Below are positions 21,048-29,199 of a DNA stretch of 34,520 nt, in pieces. Made by a program: the position numbers and the translations under genes. Every line of letters begins with the position of its first letter. The first letter of the stretch is position 1. This DNA comes from an uncultured Bacilli bacterium (lineage in GTDB: Bacteria; Bacillota_I; Bacilli_A; RF39; UBA660): NCBI GenBank assembly GCA_947624695.1, contig CANQLN010000001.1, positions 1 through 34,520 of the forward strand, read 5' to 3'. Below the pieces are notes generated by a model that searched no databases, had not been told where the DNA came from, and worked only from the letters and a program-made list of their open reading frames with translations.

Positions 21048-21302
21048 TAATCCACAAGTTTTCAACATAATTTTTGTAGATAAAATATATAATACCTAAA
21101 GTTATCAACATTTTCAACAAATTTTTTTAAACATTTAAACATAGTAACAAAAAAATAATTTTACTTAAATGTTAAAAGTGTTGAAAAGTTAAAAATACTC
21201 TGAATATATCAGAAAAAATTACTAATATTTTAAACAAATAATTCTCAAAATTAATGTTAATAACTTAAAAGTTATCAACATCATAAAAATAATTGTTGAA
21301 AA
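21048..21302. other. oriC DnaA-box cluster upstream of dnaA
   Basis: Seven 9-mers with 1 or 2 mismatches to TTATCCACA. They are TAATCCACA 21048-21056, TTTTCAACA 21059-21067, TTATCAACA 21102-21110, TTTTCAACA 21111-21119, TGTTGAAAA 21179-21187, TTATCAACA 21272-21280 and TGTTGAAAA 21294-21302. Confidence 0.8.
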
Positions 21303-21349
21303 CTATAATTAACTAAAGCATTAAAACTGGCGTTAAAGACGATATTTTC

Positions 21350-21379
21350 TTGACATCTTGCCAGGATTAATATTATAAT
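21350..21379 (+). promoter_or_regulatory. sigma-A-type promoter of the rpmH-rnpA operon
   Basis: TTGACA (21350-21355), an 18-nt spacer, then TATAAT (21374-21379), about 34 nt upstream of the rpmH ATG. Confidence 0.65.
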
Positions 21380-21412
21380 AAGGACGCTTATAGAAAAAGA
21401 GGTGGAACAATC

Positions 21413-21541
21413 ATGGCAACTAAAAGAACATATCAACCAAATAATCGTAAAAAAGCTAAAAAGCATGGTTTCTTTGCTCGTAAAGGAACAAAGATTATTA
21501 ATAATCGTCGTAGAAAAGGTCGTAAGGAATTAACAAAATAG
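21413..21541 (+). CDS. rpmH: 50S ribosomal protein L34
   Basis: Missing from the ORF track because it is too short. SD AGAGGTGG lies 7 nt upstream. The translation is [42 protein letters not shown], 42 aa ending in TAG. Confidence 0.95.
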   Translation: MATKRTYQPNNRKKAKKHGFFARKGTKIINNRRRKGRKELTK

Positions 21542-21564
21542 TTTCTTACGTGTTTTTTTAATTT

Positions 21565-21897
21565 ATGAAAAAAAGAGATATTGTAAAGTCTAATATATTA
21601 TTTAATGATATAATTAATAAAGGTAAAAGAATAAGTAATAAGTATTTCCTTATTTGTTATTTAGAAAAAGATTTTATTAAAAATAATTATGGTATAGCTG
21701 TTGGTAAAAAAATTGGTAATGCTGTTACGAGAAATAAGTTAAAAAGACAAATACGAAATATTATTACAAAAAATGCTCAACTATTTCCAAATTATCATAA
21801 TTATATTATAATATGTAAGAAAGAAGTATTAGATTTATCTTTTCAAAAGATGGAAGAAGTACTTGTTAGTTTAATAAATAAAGGAGACAAAAAATGA
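21565..21897 (+). CDS. rnpA: ribonuclease P protein component
   Basis: 110 aa with the RNR motif region KIGNAVTRNKLKRQIRN. It follows rpmH. Its TGA stop overlaps the yidC ATG (ATGA). Confidence 0.93.
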   Translation: MKKRDIVKSNILFNDIINKGKRISNKYFLICYLEKDFIKNNYGIAVGKKIGNAVTRNKLKRQIRNIITKNAQLFPNYHNYIIICKKEVLDLSFQKMEEVLVSLINKGDKK

Positions 21898-22946
21898 AAA
21901 ACAAATTATTCGGATTAATATTAGTATTTATTGTTTTACTTACAAGTGGCTGTGGCGCTAATGATTATTTAAAAGATGATAAAAAATTAGTTCAATATGA
22001 AGAAACAGGCCAAAATTTACCAAACAATATATTATGTCAACCAGAAGATAAAGAATTATATGAAATATATGAAAAGTATAATGATGAATTAAAAATTCCT
22101 TTAGAAAAATTACCAAAATGTAGTGAATTTAAAATTAATTCTAATAAAACTTCTGGTATTTGGGAATTAATTTTTGTTAAACCCCTTGCTTATTTAATTT
22201 TAAAACTTGGTGGTTTAGTTAAAAATATGGGTATATCATTAATAATAGTAGGACTTTTAATAAGACTTATCTTGTTACCATTCTCATATAAAACTCATAA
22301 GCAAAGTAAAAATATGCAAAAAGTGAATCAAGAAATGCAAAAGCTCGAATTTAAATATCGGGGTAGAGAAGATCGTGATTCTATGATGATGAAGAGTCAA
22401 GAAATGATGGATATATATAAGAAATACAATGTTAAACCAATGTCTGGTTGCTTAGTGGCTTTCTTACAACTTCCTTTATTCTTTGCTTTCTTACAAGCAA
22501 TTAACAGGGTTCCAGCAATATTTGAAGATAAATTGTTAGGCTTTAATTTAGGAATGACTCCTTATGTTGGACTTTCTCAAGGTAATTACTTATATATTTT
22601 ATTAATTATCTTAATCGCCGCTTCGACTTACTTTTCATTTAAATATTCGATGCGATCAACCGGAGCAATGAATCAAACTCCAGAAATGGAAAGTCAAATG
22701 AAAATGATGACTAATATTATGGTTGTAATAATCGTCATTACCTCATTTTCTCTATCAACCGCTTTGGCGTTATACTGGATTGTTACTTATGCTTTTATTG
22801 CTATTCAAACCTTTATATTCCGTAAATTAACGGGTGAAAAGAAGGATAATAAAAAAGATAAAAGGGATAAAAATAATAAAGAAAATAAGAAAAAAATAAA
22901 AGAAAAGTTGGAAGTTAAAAGAGGTCTTAAATATGGAAATAATTAG
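21894..22946 (+). CDS. yidC: membrane protein insertase YidC/SpoIIIJ-type lipoprotein
   Basis: Lipobox LLTSGCG, a conserved 60-kDa-IMP core (KMQKVNQEMQKL..., MSGCLVAFLQLPLFFAF, ALALYWIVT) and a basic C-terminal tail. Confidence 0.93.
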   Translation: MKNKLFGLILVFIVLLTSGCGANDYLKDDKKLVQYEETGQNLPNNILCQPEDKELYEIYEKYNDELKIPLEKLPKCSEFKINSNKTSGIWELIFVKPLAYLILKLGGLVKNMGISLIIVGLLIRLILLPFSYKTHKQSKNMQKVNQEMQKLEFKYRGREDRDSMMMKSQEMMDIYKKYNVKPMSGCLVAFLQLPLFFAFLQAINRVPAIFEDKLLGFNLGMTPYVGLSQGNYLYILLIILIAASTYFSFKYSMRSTGAMNQTPEMESQMKMMTNIMVVIIVITSFSLSTALALYWIVTYAFIAIQTFIFRKLTGEKKDNKKDKRDKNNKENKKKIKEKLEVKRGLKYGNN

Positions 22947-23541
22947 TAAAGAAGGAAAAGAATTAGAAACTATTTTAACAGGCATTTGTGAAGAATATAA
23001 TGTAAGTAATGATGATTTCTATTATCATTATACTGAAAATAAAACCGGTTTATTTGGTAAAAATAGTGTTATTAATGTTACCGCTATTTTAAAAAGTGAT
23101 TTGCTAGAATATATTAAAGAATACTTAGAAGAGTTATTAACTAACATGGGTTTAACGGTTAATTTTGAAACCAAATTAAGAGAAGATGTTATGTATGTTA
23201 AAATATATTCTAATAACAATCCCGTTTTAATTGGCAAGGGTGGTAATACTTTAAAAGCCTTAGAAAATATTGTCCGTCAAAAAGTAAATACTGAATTTAA
23301 TGTGCGACCATATATATCATTAGATGTAGAAAACTATCGGGAAAAACAACAAAGAAGAATTGAAAGACTTGCTAAAAATATTGCTAGAGAAGTTGTTAAA
23401 ACCAATATGGAAGTTCATCTAGATAATATGAATGCCTATGATAGAAGAATAGTTCATAATATTTTAACTAATTTTAAAGGAGTAACCACGGAAAGTACTG
23501 GCGAAGAACCTAATCGCCATGTTGTAATTAAACCAGAATAA
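22933..23541 (+). CDS. jag: Jag/KhpB RNA-binding protein (Jag_N, KH, R3H)
   Basis: KH-like VLIGKGGNTLKALENIV and R3H motif AYDRRIVHNILTNFKGVTTESTGEEPNRHVVIKP. It sits downstream of yidC. Confidence 0.92.
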   Translation: MEIISKEGKELETILTGICEEYNVSNDDFYYHYTENKTGLFGKNSVINVTAILKSDLLEYIKEYLEELLTNMGLTVNFETKLREDVMYVKIYSNNNPVLIGKGGNTLKALENIVRQKVNTEFNVRPYISLDVENYREKQQRRIERLAKNIAREVVKTNMEVHLDNMNAYDRRIVHNILTNFKGVTTESTGEEPNRHVVIKPE

Positions 23542-23543
23542 AA

Positions 23544-23566
23544 CCACTATCACTAGTGGCTTTTTT
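23544..23566. terminator. bidirectional intrinsic terminator between jag and the convergent membrane gene
   Basis: Stem CCACTA (23544-23549) pairs with TAGTGG (23554-23559) around the loop TCAC. It is followed by CTTTTTT and preceded by AAAA. Confidence 0.6.
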
Positions 23567-23579
23567 AATGACTTAATTT

Positions 23580-24020
23580 TTAGTTTTCTTTCTTCCCAAC
23601 ATATTGGGCACTTCCTAAACCTAAAATAAGTAAGAAAATGGTATTTAAGAACAATAAACCTAAAGTATACCCAATTCCTTTACCAAAAGATTTAGCAAGA
23701 CTATGTTTTTGATAAATAGCAATTATAAATGTCCCAATTAGAGCAATGGTAATAACTATTTCATTTTTGATTACTGATAAAATAGATAGTCCAAAAGCTA
23801 AAACTAAGAACCAAGGTGAAATACCAGAAACTTTATAATAAATAAACATATTGTAGATAGGAATTAATGATTTCCATCCTTTTTCTCCAGCTTTAGTAAA
23901 TATTCTCCACATCGCAACGATTTTTAAAATACTTACTACTAAAGTAATGGTTGCTACAATTCCTAAGTAAGCTCCTAATAAAGTATAAAGTCCATCTAGG
24001 CTTGTTTGTAAATTATCCAT
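23580..24020 (-). CDS. hypothetical polytopic membrane protein
   Basis: 146 aa with about four hydrophobic helices. The motif FTKAGEKGWKSLIPIYNMFIYYKVSG is reminiscent of a DUF5684-type family as I recall it. Function unknown. Confidence 0.6.
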   Translation of the reverse strand: MDNLQTSLDGLYTLLGAYLGIVATITLVVSILKIVAMWRIFTKAGEKGWKSLIPIYNMFIYYKVSGISPWFLVLAFGLSILSVIKNEIVITIALIGTFIIAIYQKHSLAKSFGKGIGYTLGLLFLNTIFLLILGLGSAQYVGKKEN

Positions 24021-24133
24021 AAACTTCTCCTTTCATTTCTTAGCATAATTATATAAATTATCTAAGGTATTTGTCAATTTTTAATGAAAAATGCCTTAAA
24101 TTGTGCTAATATACTTACGAAAGGAAAGTTTCT

Positions 24134-25474
24134 ATGGAAGATACTATATGTGCTATTTCCACCGCTCCGGGTATTGGGGCTATTTCAATAATTAGAGTAA
24201 GTGGGAAAGAGGCTTTAGATATTGTTTCTAAAATATTTTCGAAAGATTTAAAAGAAGCCAAATCTCATACTCTTTTATATGGTTATATATATGATCATAA
24301 AGAAATAGTTGATGAAGTATTAGTAAGTGTTATGTTAGCACCCAAAACTTATACTACAGAAGATATTGTGGAAATAAATAGTCATGGTGGTATTAATACC
24401 ACCAATAAAATATTAGAACTCCTTTTAGAAAATGGATGTCGTTTAGCGGAAGCTGGTGAATTTACCAAAAGAGCTTTTCTAAATGGACGAATTGATTTAA
24501 CGGAAGCTGAATCTGTTAATGATTTAATCAATGCAAAAACCGATGTGGCCAGAAGACTAGCTCTTAATAATTTACAAGGGCGTGTTTCGAAAGATATTCG
24601 AAATTTACGAAGCAAAATTACCGATATTATGGCGAATATTGAAGTAAATATTGATTATCCGGAGTATGAAGATATTGAAGTTGTCACAAATGAAACTTTA
24701 CTTCCTAAATTAGAAGAAGTATTAATGAGTTTACAAGAAATGTTAAAAAATTCTTATAATGGTAAGCTAATTAAAGAAGGAATAGACATTGCTATTGTGG
24801 GAAGTCCTAATGTGGGAAAGAGTAGTATTTTAAATAGATTATTAGATGAAGATAAAGCAATAGTTACCGATATAGCGGGTACCACTCGAGATATCGTGGA
24901 AGGTAGCGTTAACTTTAATGGCTTTTTACTTAATTTTATTGATACGGCTGGTATTAGAGATACTGAAGATACTGTTGAAAAAATTGGGGTAGAGAAGAGT
25001 AAGAAAGCCATAACGGAAGCTGATATTGTCATTATTGTTTTAAATAATAATGAAGAATTATCACCTTATGAAAAAGAATTAATAGAATTAGTTCCTTTAA
25101 AAAAACGTTTAATTTTTGTTAACAAATCTGATTTAAATAATGTCTTAACTTTAGATAAAGAATATATAATAGGAAATACGATTGAAGAAAAAGGGCTTGA
25201 TTTACTAAAAGAAGCCCTAAATAAAAAATTAAATTTAGAAAATATTCTAGAGCAAGATATGACTTATATGTCTAATGTTCGCCAAATAGATTTATTAAAA
25301 AAGGCTATTAAAGAGATTGAAAATGCTATTTTAAATATTCATAAAGGTACACCAATAGATATTGTTGAAATTGATATTACTAATGCTTGGAATCTTTTGG
25401 GCGAAATTACAGGAGATACTTATAAAGATGAATTATTAGATACTTTATTTAGTAATTTCTGTATAGGAAAGTAG
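24134..25474 (+). CDS. mnmE: tRNA modification GTPase MnmE
   Basis: G1 motif GSPNVGKSS, DTAGIR, NKSD, and the C-terminal CIGK motif (FCIGK). Confidence 0.96.
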   Translation: MEDTICAISTAPGIGAISIIRVSGKEALDIVSKIFSKDLKEAKSHTLLYGYIYDHKEIVDEVLVSVMLAPKTYTTEDIVEINSHGGINTTNKILELLLENGCRLAEAGEFTKRAFLNGRIDLTEAESVNDLINAKTDVARRLALNNLQGRVSKDIRNLRSKITDIMANIEVNIDYPEYEDIEVVTNETLLPKLEEVLMSLQEMLKNSYNGKLIKEGIDIAIVGSPNVGKSSILNRLLDEDKAIVTDIAGTTRDIVEGSVNFNGFLLNFIDTAGIRDTEDTVEKIGVEKSKKAITEADIVIIVLNNNEELSPYEKELIELVPLKKRLIFVNKSDLNNVLTLDKEYIIGNTIEEKGLDLLKEALNKKLNLENILEQDMTYMSNVRQIDLLKKAIKEIENAILNIHKGTPIDIVEIDITNAWNLLGEITGDTYKDELLDTLFSNFCIGK

Positions 25475-25482
25475 TTGATTAT

Positions 25483-27342
25483 ATGTATGATGTTATAGTA
25501 GTTGGAGGCGGTCATGCCGGTTGTGAAGCTTCTAATATTGCCGCAAAAATGGGAATGAAAACCCTTCTTTTAACTATGAATAAAAAAAATATTGCTGATA
25601 TGCCTTGTAATCCTTCTATTGGGGGGACTGCTAAAGGCGTAATTGTCAGAGAAATAGATGCCCTAGGAGGCTTAATGGGGCGGGTTGCCGATATGAGTCA
25701 TTTTCAAATTAAAATGCTTAATAATTCTAAAGGTCCCGCTGTAAGAAGTTTAAGAGCCCAAGCTGATAAAAGAGTTTATCCTAAAAAAATGTTAGAAGAG
25801 TTAGAAAAAAATTCGTATTTAGAAATTAAGGAAGGCTTAGTTGAAAATTTAATTGTCGAAGATAATGTTGTTAAGGGAGTAATTCTTAGCGATAATACCA
25901 TAATTAAAAGTAAGAGTGTGATTTTAACTACCGGAACTTATACTAAAGCTAATATTTTAATTGGCTCTGAAAATACACCGGGAGGACCTCATGGAGAAGG
26001 AAGAAGTAACTATTTAAGTGATAATTTAAAGAAATTAGGTTTAAATATTAAAAGACTTAAAACGGGTACTCCTCAAAGAATAAAAAAAGATTCGATTGAC
26101 TTTACCCAAATGCATGAAGAAAAAGGTGATGATACTTATTGGACTTTTAGCCATGATCTAAAGCCGCAATATAAAATAAAAGACCAACAAAAATGTTATT
26201 TAGTTTATACTAATGAAAAAACCCATGAAATAATTGGAAAACATTTAAAAGAATCCGCTATGTATGGGGGTTATGCAACCGGAGTAGGACCAAGATATTG
26301 TCCTTCTATTGAAGATAAAATTGTTCGTTTTGCCGATAAAGAAAGACATCAATTATTTTTAGAACCCGAAAGTATATATTATGATGAATGGTATTTACAA
26401 GGCTTTTCTACAAGTATGCCAAGAGATGTTCAAGAAGAAATGGTTCATAGTTTAAAGGGGTTAGAGAATGCGGTCATAACAAAATATGCTTATGCTATTG
26501 AATATGATGCCATTGATTCCTTACAAATAAAGGCTAGTTTAGAAAATAAAATAATTGAAAATTTATTTACGGCAGGACAAATAAATGGTACTAGTGGTTA
26601 TGAAGAAGCAGCTGGTCAAGGTTTAATTGCCGGAATTAATGCAGCTTTAAAATTGCAAGGAAAAGAACCTTTAATTTTAAAAAGAAATGAAGCTTATATT
26701 GGGGTTTTAATTGATGATTTAGTAACTAAAGGTGTAACTGATCCTTATAGAATGCTTACTTCTAGAGCAGAATTTAGACTTATTTTAAGACATGATAATG
26801 CCGATTTAAGATTAAGAGCCAAGGGTTATGAATTAGGAACTATTTCTAAAGAACAATATCAAAAACTTAATAAAAAAATTAAAGATATTGAAAGCTTAAT
26901 GCAAGAATTAAAAGAGAATAAATTAACTATTACCAAAGAAGTTAAAGATATTTTCATATCTCACAATTTGGAAATACCAAAAAGAAATATGACTTATGAA
27001 GAACTTTTAAAAAGACCGGAAATAACTTTTAAATTCTTAAGTCAATTTCATAAATTTAATTATAGTGAAGAAGTAATTGAACAAGGTGAAATTGCAATTA
27101 AATATGAAGGATATATTAAAAAGGCCACTAAAGAAGCTGAAAAATTACAAAAAATTGAAGAAAAACAAATACCGGAAGATATCGATTATCAAAAAGTTAG
27201 AAACTTAGCCAGTGAAGCAAAACAAAAATTATCAGAAATAAGACCAAGAACGATTGCCCAAGCATCGAGAATTAGTGGGGTTAATCCTTCAGATATTGCC
27301 ATCCTTGCCGTTTATTTAAAGAAAGAATATAATCATGACTAG
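25483..27342 (+). CDS. mnmG: tRNA uridine 5-carboxymethylaminomethyl modification enzyme MnmG
   Basis: FAD-binding motif VIVVGGGHAGCEA and the conserved GPRYCPSIEDK. 619 aa. Confidence 0.97.
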   Translation: MYDVIVVGGGHAGCEASNIAAKMGMKTLLLTMNKKNIADMPCNPSIGGTAKGVIVREIDALGGLMGRVADMSHFQIKMLNNSKGPAVRSLRAQADKRVYPKKMLEELEKNSYLEIKEGLVENLIVEDNVVKGVILSDNTIIKSKSVILTTGTYTKANILIGSENTPGGPHGEGRSNYLSDNLKKLGLNIKRLKTGTPQRIKKDSIDFTQMHEEKGDDTYWTFSHDLKPQYKIKDQQKCYLVYTNEKTHEIIGKHLKESAMYGGYATGVGPRYCPSIEDKIVRFADKERHQLFLEPESIYYDEWYLQGFSTSMPRDVQEEMVHSLKGLENAVITKYAYAIEYDAIDSLQIKASLENKIIENLFTAGQINGTSGYEEAAGQGLIAGINAALKLQGKEPLILKRNEAYIGVLIDDLVTKGVTDPYRMLTSRAEFRLILRHDNADLRLRAKGYELGTISKEQYQKLNKKIKDIESLMQELKENKLTITKEVKDIFISHNLEIPKRNMTYEELLKRPEITFKFLSQFHKFNYSEEVIEQGEIAIKYEGYIKKATKEAEKLQKIEEKQIPEDIDYQKVRNLASEAKQKLSEIRPRTIAQASRISGVNPSDIAILAVYLKKEYNHD

Positions 27343-28048
27343 AGAAGAATTTATTGAAGAATTACAAAAATTAGGCATAACTGTAACCGATAATGAATTA
27401 AGTATGCTCGAAATTTATTTGAATTTCTTAAAAGAATATAATAGCCATACAAATATTACAAGAATAGTGGAAGAAAAGGAAGTTTATTTAAAACACTTTT
27501 ATGATTCTTTAACAATCACTAAAGCTATAGATTTAAATGAAGTAGATACTTTATTAGATGTGGGAAGTGGGGCTGGTTTTCCGGGAATGGTTTTAAAAAT
27601 ATTTTATCCTCATTTGCAAGTAACTTTATTGGATTCTAATAATAAAAAGACTAAGTTTTTAACCGAATTAAAATCTAAATTAAATATTGATGTTGAAATT
27701 ATAAACGAAAGAGTCGAAGACTATGCTAAAAACAATTTAAATAAATTTTCTTTAGTAACCTCAAGAGCGGTTGCAAACTTACGGGTTTTAACGGAAATAT
27801 CTTTGCCTCTTGTGAAAAAAGAAGGTTATTTTATTCCTTTGAAAGGTAATATAGATCTGGAATTAGAGGAAGCCAAAAAGACTATTTCTTTAATGAATTC
27901 AAAGATAGAAGATATTATTAATTTTAATCTTTATAAAAATGAAGGAGTAAGAAATATTATTAGAATTAAAAAAGAAGCAGAAACTAAATTAGAAATGCTA
28001 AGACCATATAATAAAATATTAAGAAAACCTCTTGCGAAAAAGAGCTAA
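27335..28048 (+). CDS. rsmG: 16S rRNA (guanine527-N7)-methyltransferase RsmG
   Basis: SAM motif LLDVGSGAGFPGMVLKI, with SRAVA. It overlaps the end of mnmG by 8 bp. Confidence 0.95.
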   Translation: MTREEFIEELQKLGITVTDNELSMLEIYLNFLKEYNSHTNITRIVEEKEVYLKHFYDSLTITKAIDLNEVDTLLDVGSGAGFPGMVLKIFYPHLQVTLLDSNNKKTKFLTELKSKLNIDVEIINERVEDYAKNNLNKFSLVTSRAVANLRVLTEISLPLVKKEGYFIPLKGNIDLELEEAKKTISLMNSKIEDIINFNLYKNEGVRNIIRIKKEAETKLEMLRPYNKILRKPLAKKS

Positions 28049-28090
28049 ATACGTTAGAATTAATTAGTAGAGGTAAAGGGGTAGATTTGT

Positions 28091-29155
28091 GTGAATACAG
28101 AATCACAAGTTTTAAATGTGCCTATTGAAGATATCATTCCAAATCGGTTTCAACCCCGATTAAATTTTGATGAACAATCTTTAAATGAACTGGCGGCATC
28201 TATCAAAGAACATGGGATTATTCAACCCCTAGTTTTAAGACGCCTTAATGATAAATATGAAATAATTGCAGGTGAAAGAAGATATAAAGCTGCTAAAATT
28301 GCTGGTCTTACTTCAGTTCCAGCGGTTATTGCCCAAATGGATGATAATACTAGTGCTGAAGTAGCCATTGTAGAAAATGTTCAAAGAAAAGATTTATCAT
28401 CTATTGAAGAAGCCAAATCTTATAAAGCCCTTCTTGATAAAGGCTATTTAACCCAAGAAGATTTAGCTAAAAAAATGGGTTTAAGTCAATCCGCTATTTC
28501 TAATAAACTTCGACTTTTAACTCTTCCAGAAGAAGTACAAAATGCCATTATGGAAGGTAAAATTTCTGAAAGACATGCAAGAAGTTTACTACAATTAGAA
28601 AGTGCCGATGCTCAAAAAGAATGGCTTAATAAAATAATTGATGAGAGAATAACCGTAAGAGATTTAGATACTCGTTTAAAAAACTTAAATAAAAAAGAAG
28701 AGGCTCCAGTTGACGATATTCCTATAATTGATAATACTCCAAATATTGCTGATATTAAAGAAAAAGCGACAGATATTTTAGCCGCTAATAATCCAAGTAC
28801 AAGTATTGAAACAACTAGTGAAGAAGTCACTCCAACCAAGATACCAAATAAGTTCTTTAATTTCTTAGAAGATGAATCCGTAAATATGAGTGTCGGAGAT
28901 GTTAGTAATCCAGCTCAAGAAAATACAGAAGAAATTGAGATGTTAGATTTTCTAGCTCCAGAACCATCCGATACAACTTCAACTGAGGAACAAAAGGAAG
29001 AAGAACCAACAGAAAATAAAAAAGATATGGATGCGGTTAAAGATTATGTTGGTAAATTAGAAGATGATTTAAGAGATCACGATTATAAAGTTAGTATATC
29101 TAGAGAAGAAGATGAGAAAGAAATTAGATATATTGTTACAGTAAGTAAAGAATAA
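28091..29155 (+). CDS. noc: ParB-family protein, Noc (nucleoid occlusion)-like, with a long acidic internal insertion
   Basis: GTG start. ParB N-domain motifs IIPNRFQPR and IIAGERRYKAAKIAG. HTH MGLSQSAISNKLRLLTLPEEVQNAIMEGKISERHARSL resembles Noc (GQSTIANKLRLLKLP...ITERHARAL). The C-terminus YKVSISREEDEKEIRYIVTV resembles the Noc C-terminus. It sits directly after rsmG, as noc does in B. subtilis. Confidence 0.8.
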   Translation: MNTESQVLNVPIEDIIPNRFQPRLNFDEQSLNELAASIKEHGIIQPLVLRRLNDKYEIIAGERRYKAAKIAGLTSVPAVIAQMDDNTSAEVAIVENVQRKDLSSIEEAKSYKALLDKGYLTQEDLAKKMGLSQSAISNKLRLLTLPEEVQNAIMEGKISERHARSLLQLESADAQKEWLNKIIDERITVRDLDTRLKNLNKKEEAPVDDIPIIDNTPNIADIKEKATDILAANNPSTSIETTSEEVTPTKIPNKFFNFLEDESVNMSVGDVSNPAQENTEEIEMLDFLAPEPSDTTSTEEQKEEEPTENKKDMDAVKDYVGKLEDDLRDHDYKVSISREEDEKEIRYIVTVSKE

Positions 29156-29158
29156 AAT

Positions 29159-29192
29159 AAGGTAATCAAAATAATAATCGATTACCTTTTTA
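29159..29192. terminator. bidirectional intrinsic terminator between noc and the convergent PBP gene
   Basis: A 9-bp stem, AAGGTAATC (29159-29167) pairing with GATTACCTT (29180-29188), followed by TTTT. Confidence 0.65.
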
Positions 29193-29199
29193 TACACTT

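Noticed and set aside
21281-21466. 61-aa minus-strand ORF across the rpmH promoter and start
   Set aside because: It overlaps the rpmH promoter, SD and 5' coding region on the opposite strand. rpmH is clearly the real gene here.
23028-23237. Antisense ORFs inside jag (23028-23237), mnmE (24382-24615, 24754-25032), noc (28612-28839) and prfA (34052-34285)
   Set aside because: These are shadow ORFs opposite well-supported genes.
24060-24133. Possible mnmE promoter (TTGTCA ... TGCTAATAT)
   Set aside because: The -35 and -10 candidates do not have compatible spacing. Only the extended -10-like element is convincing, so I did not report it as a feature.
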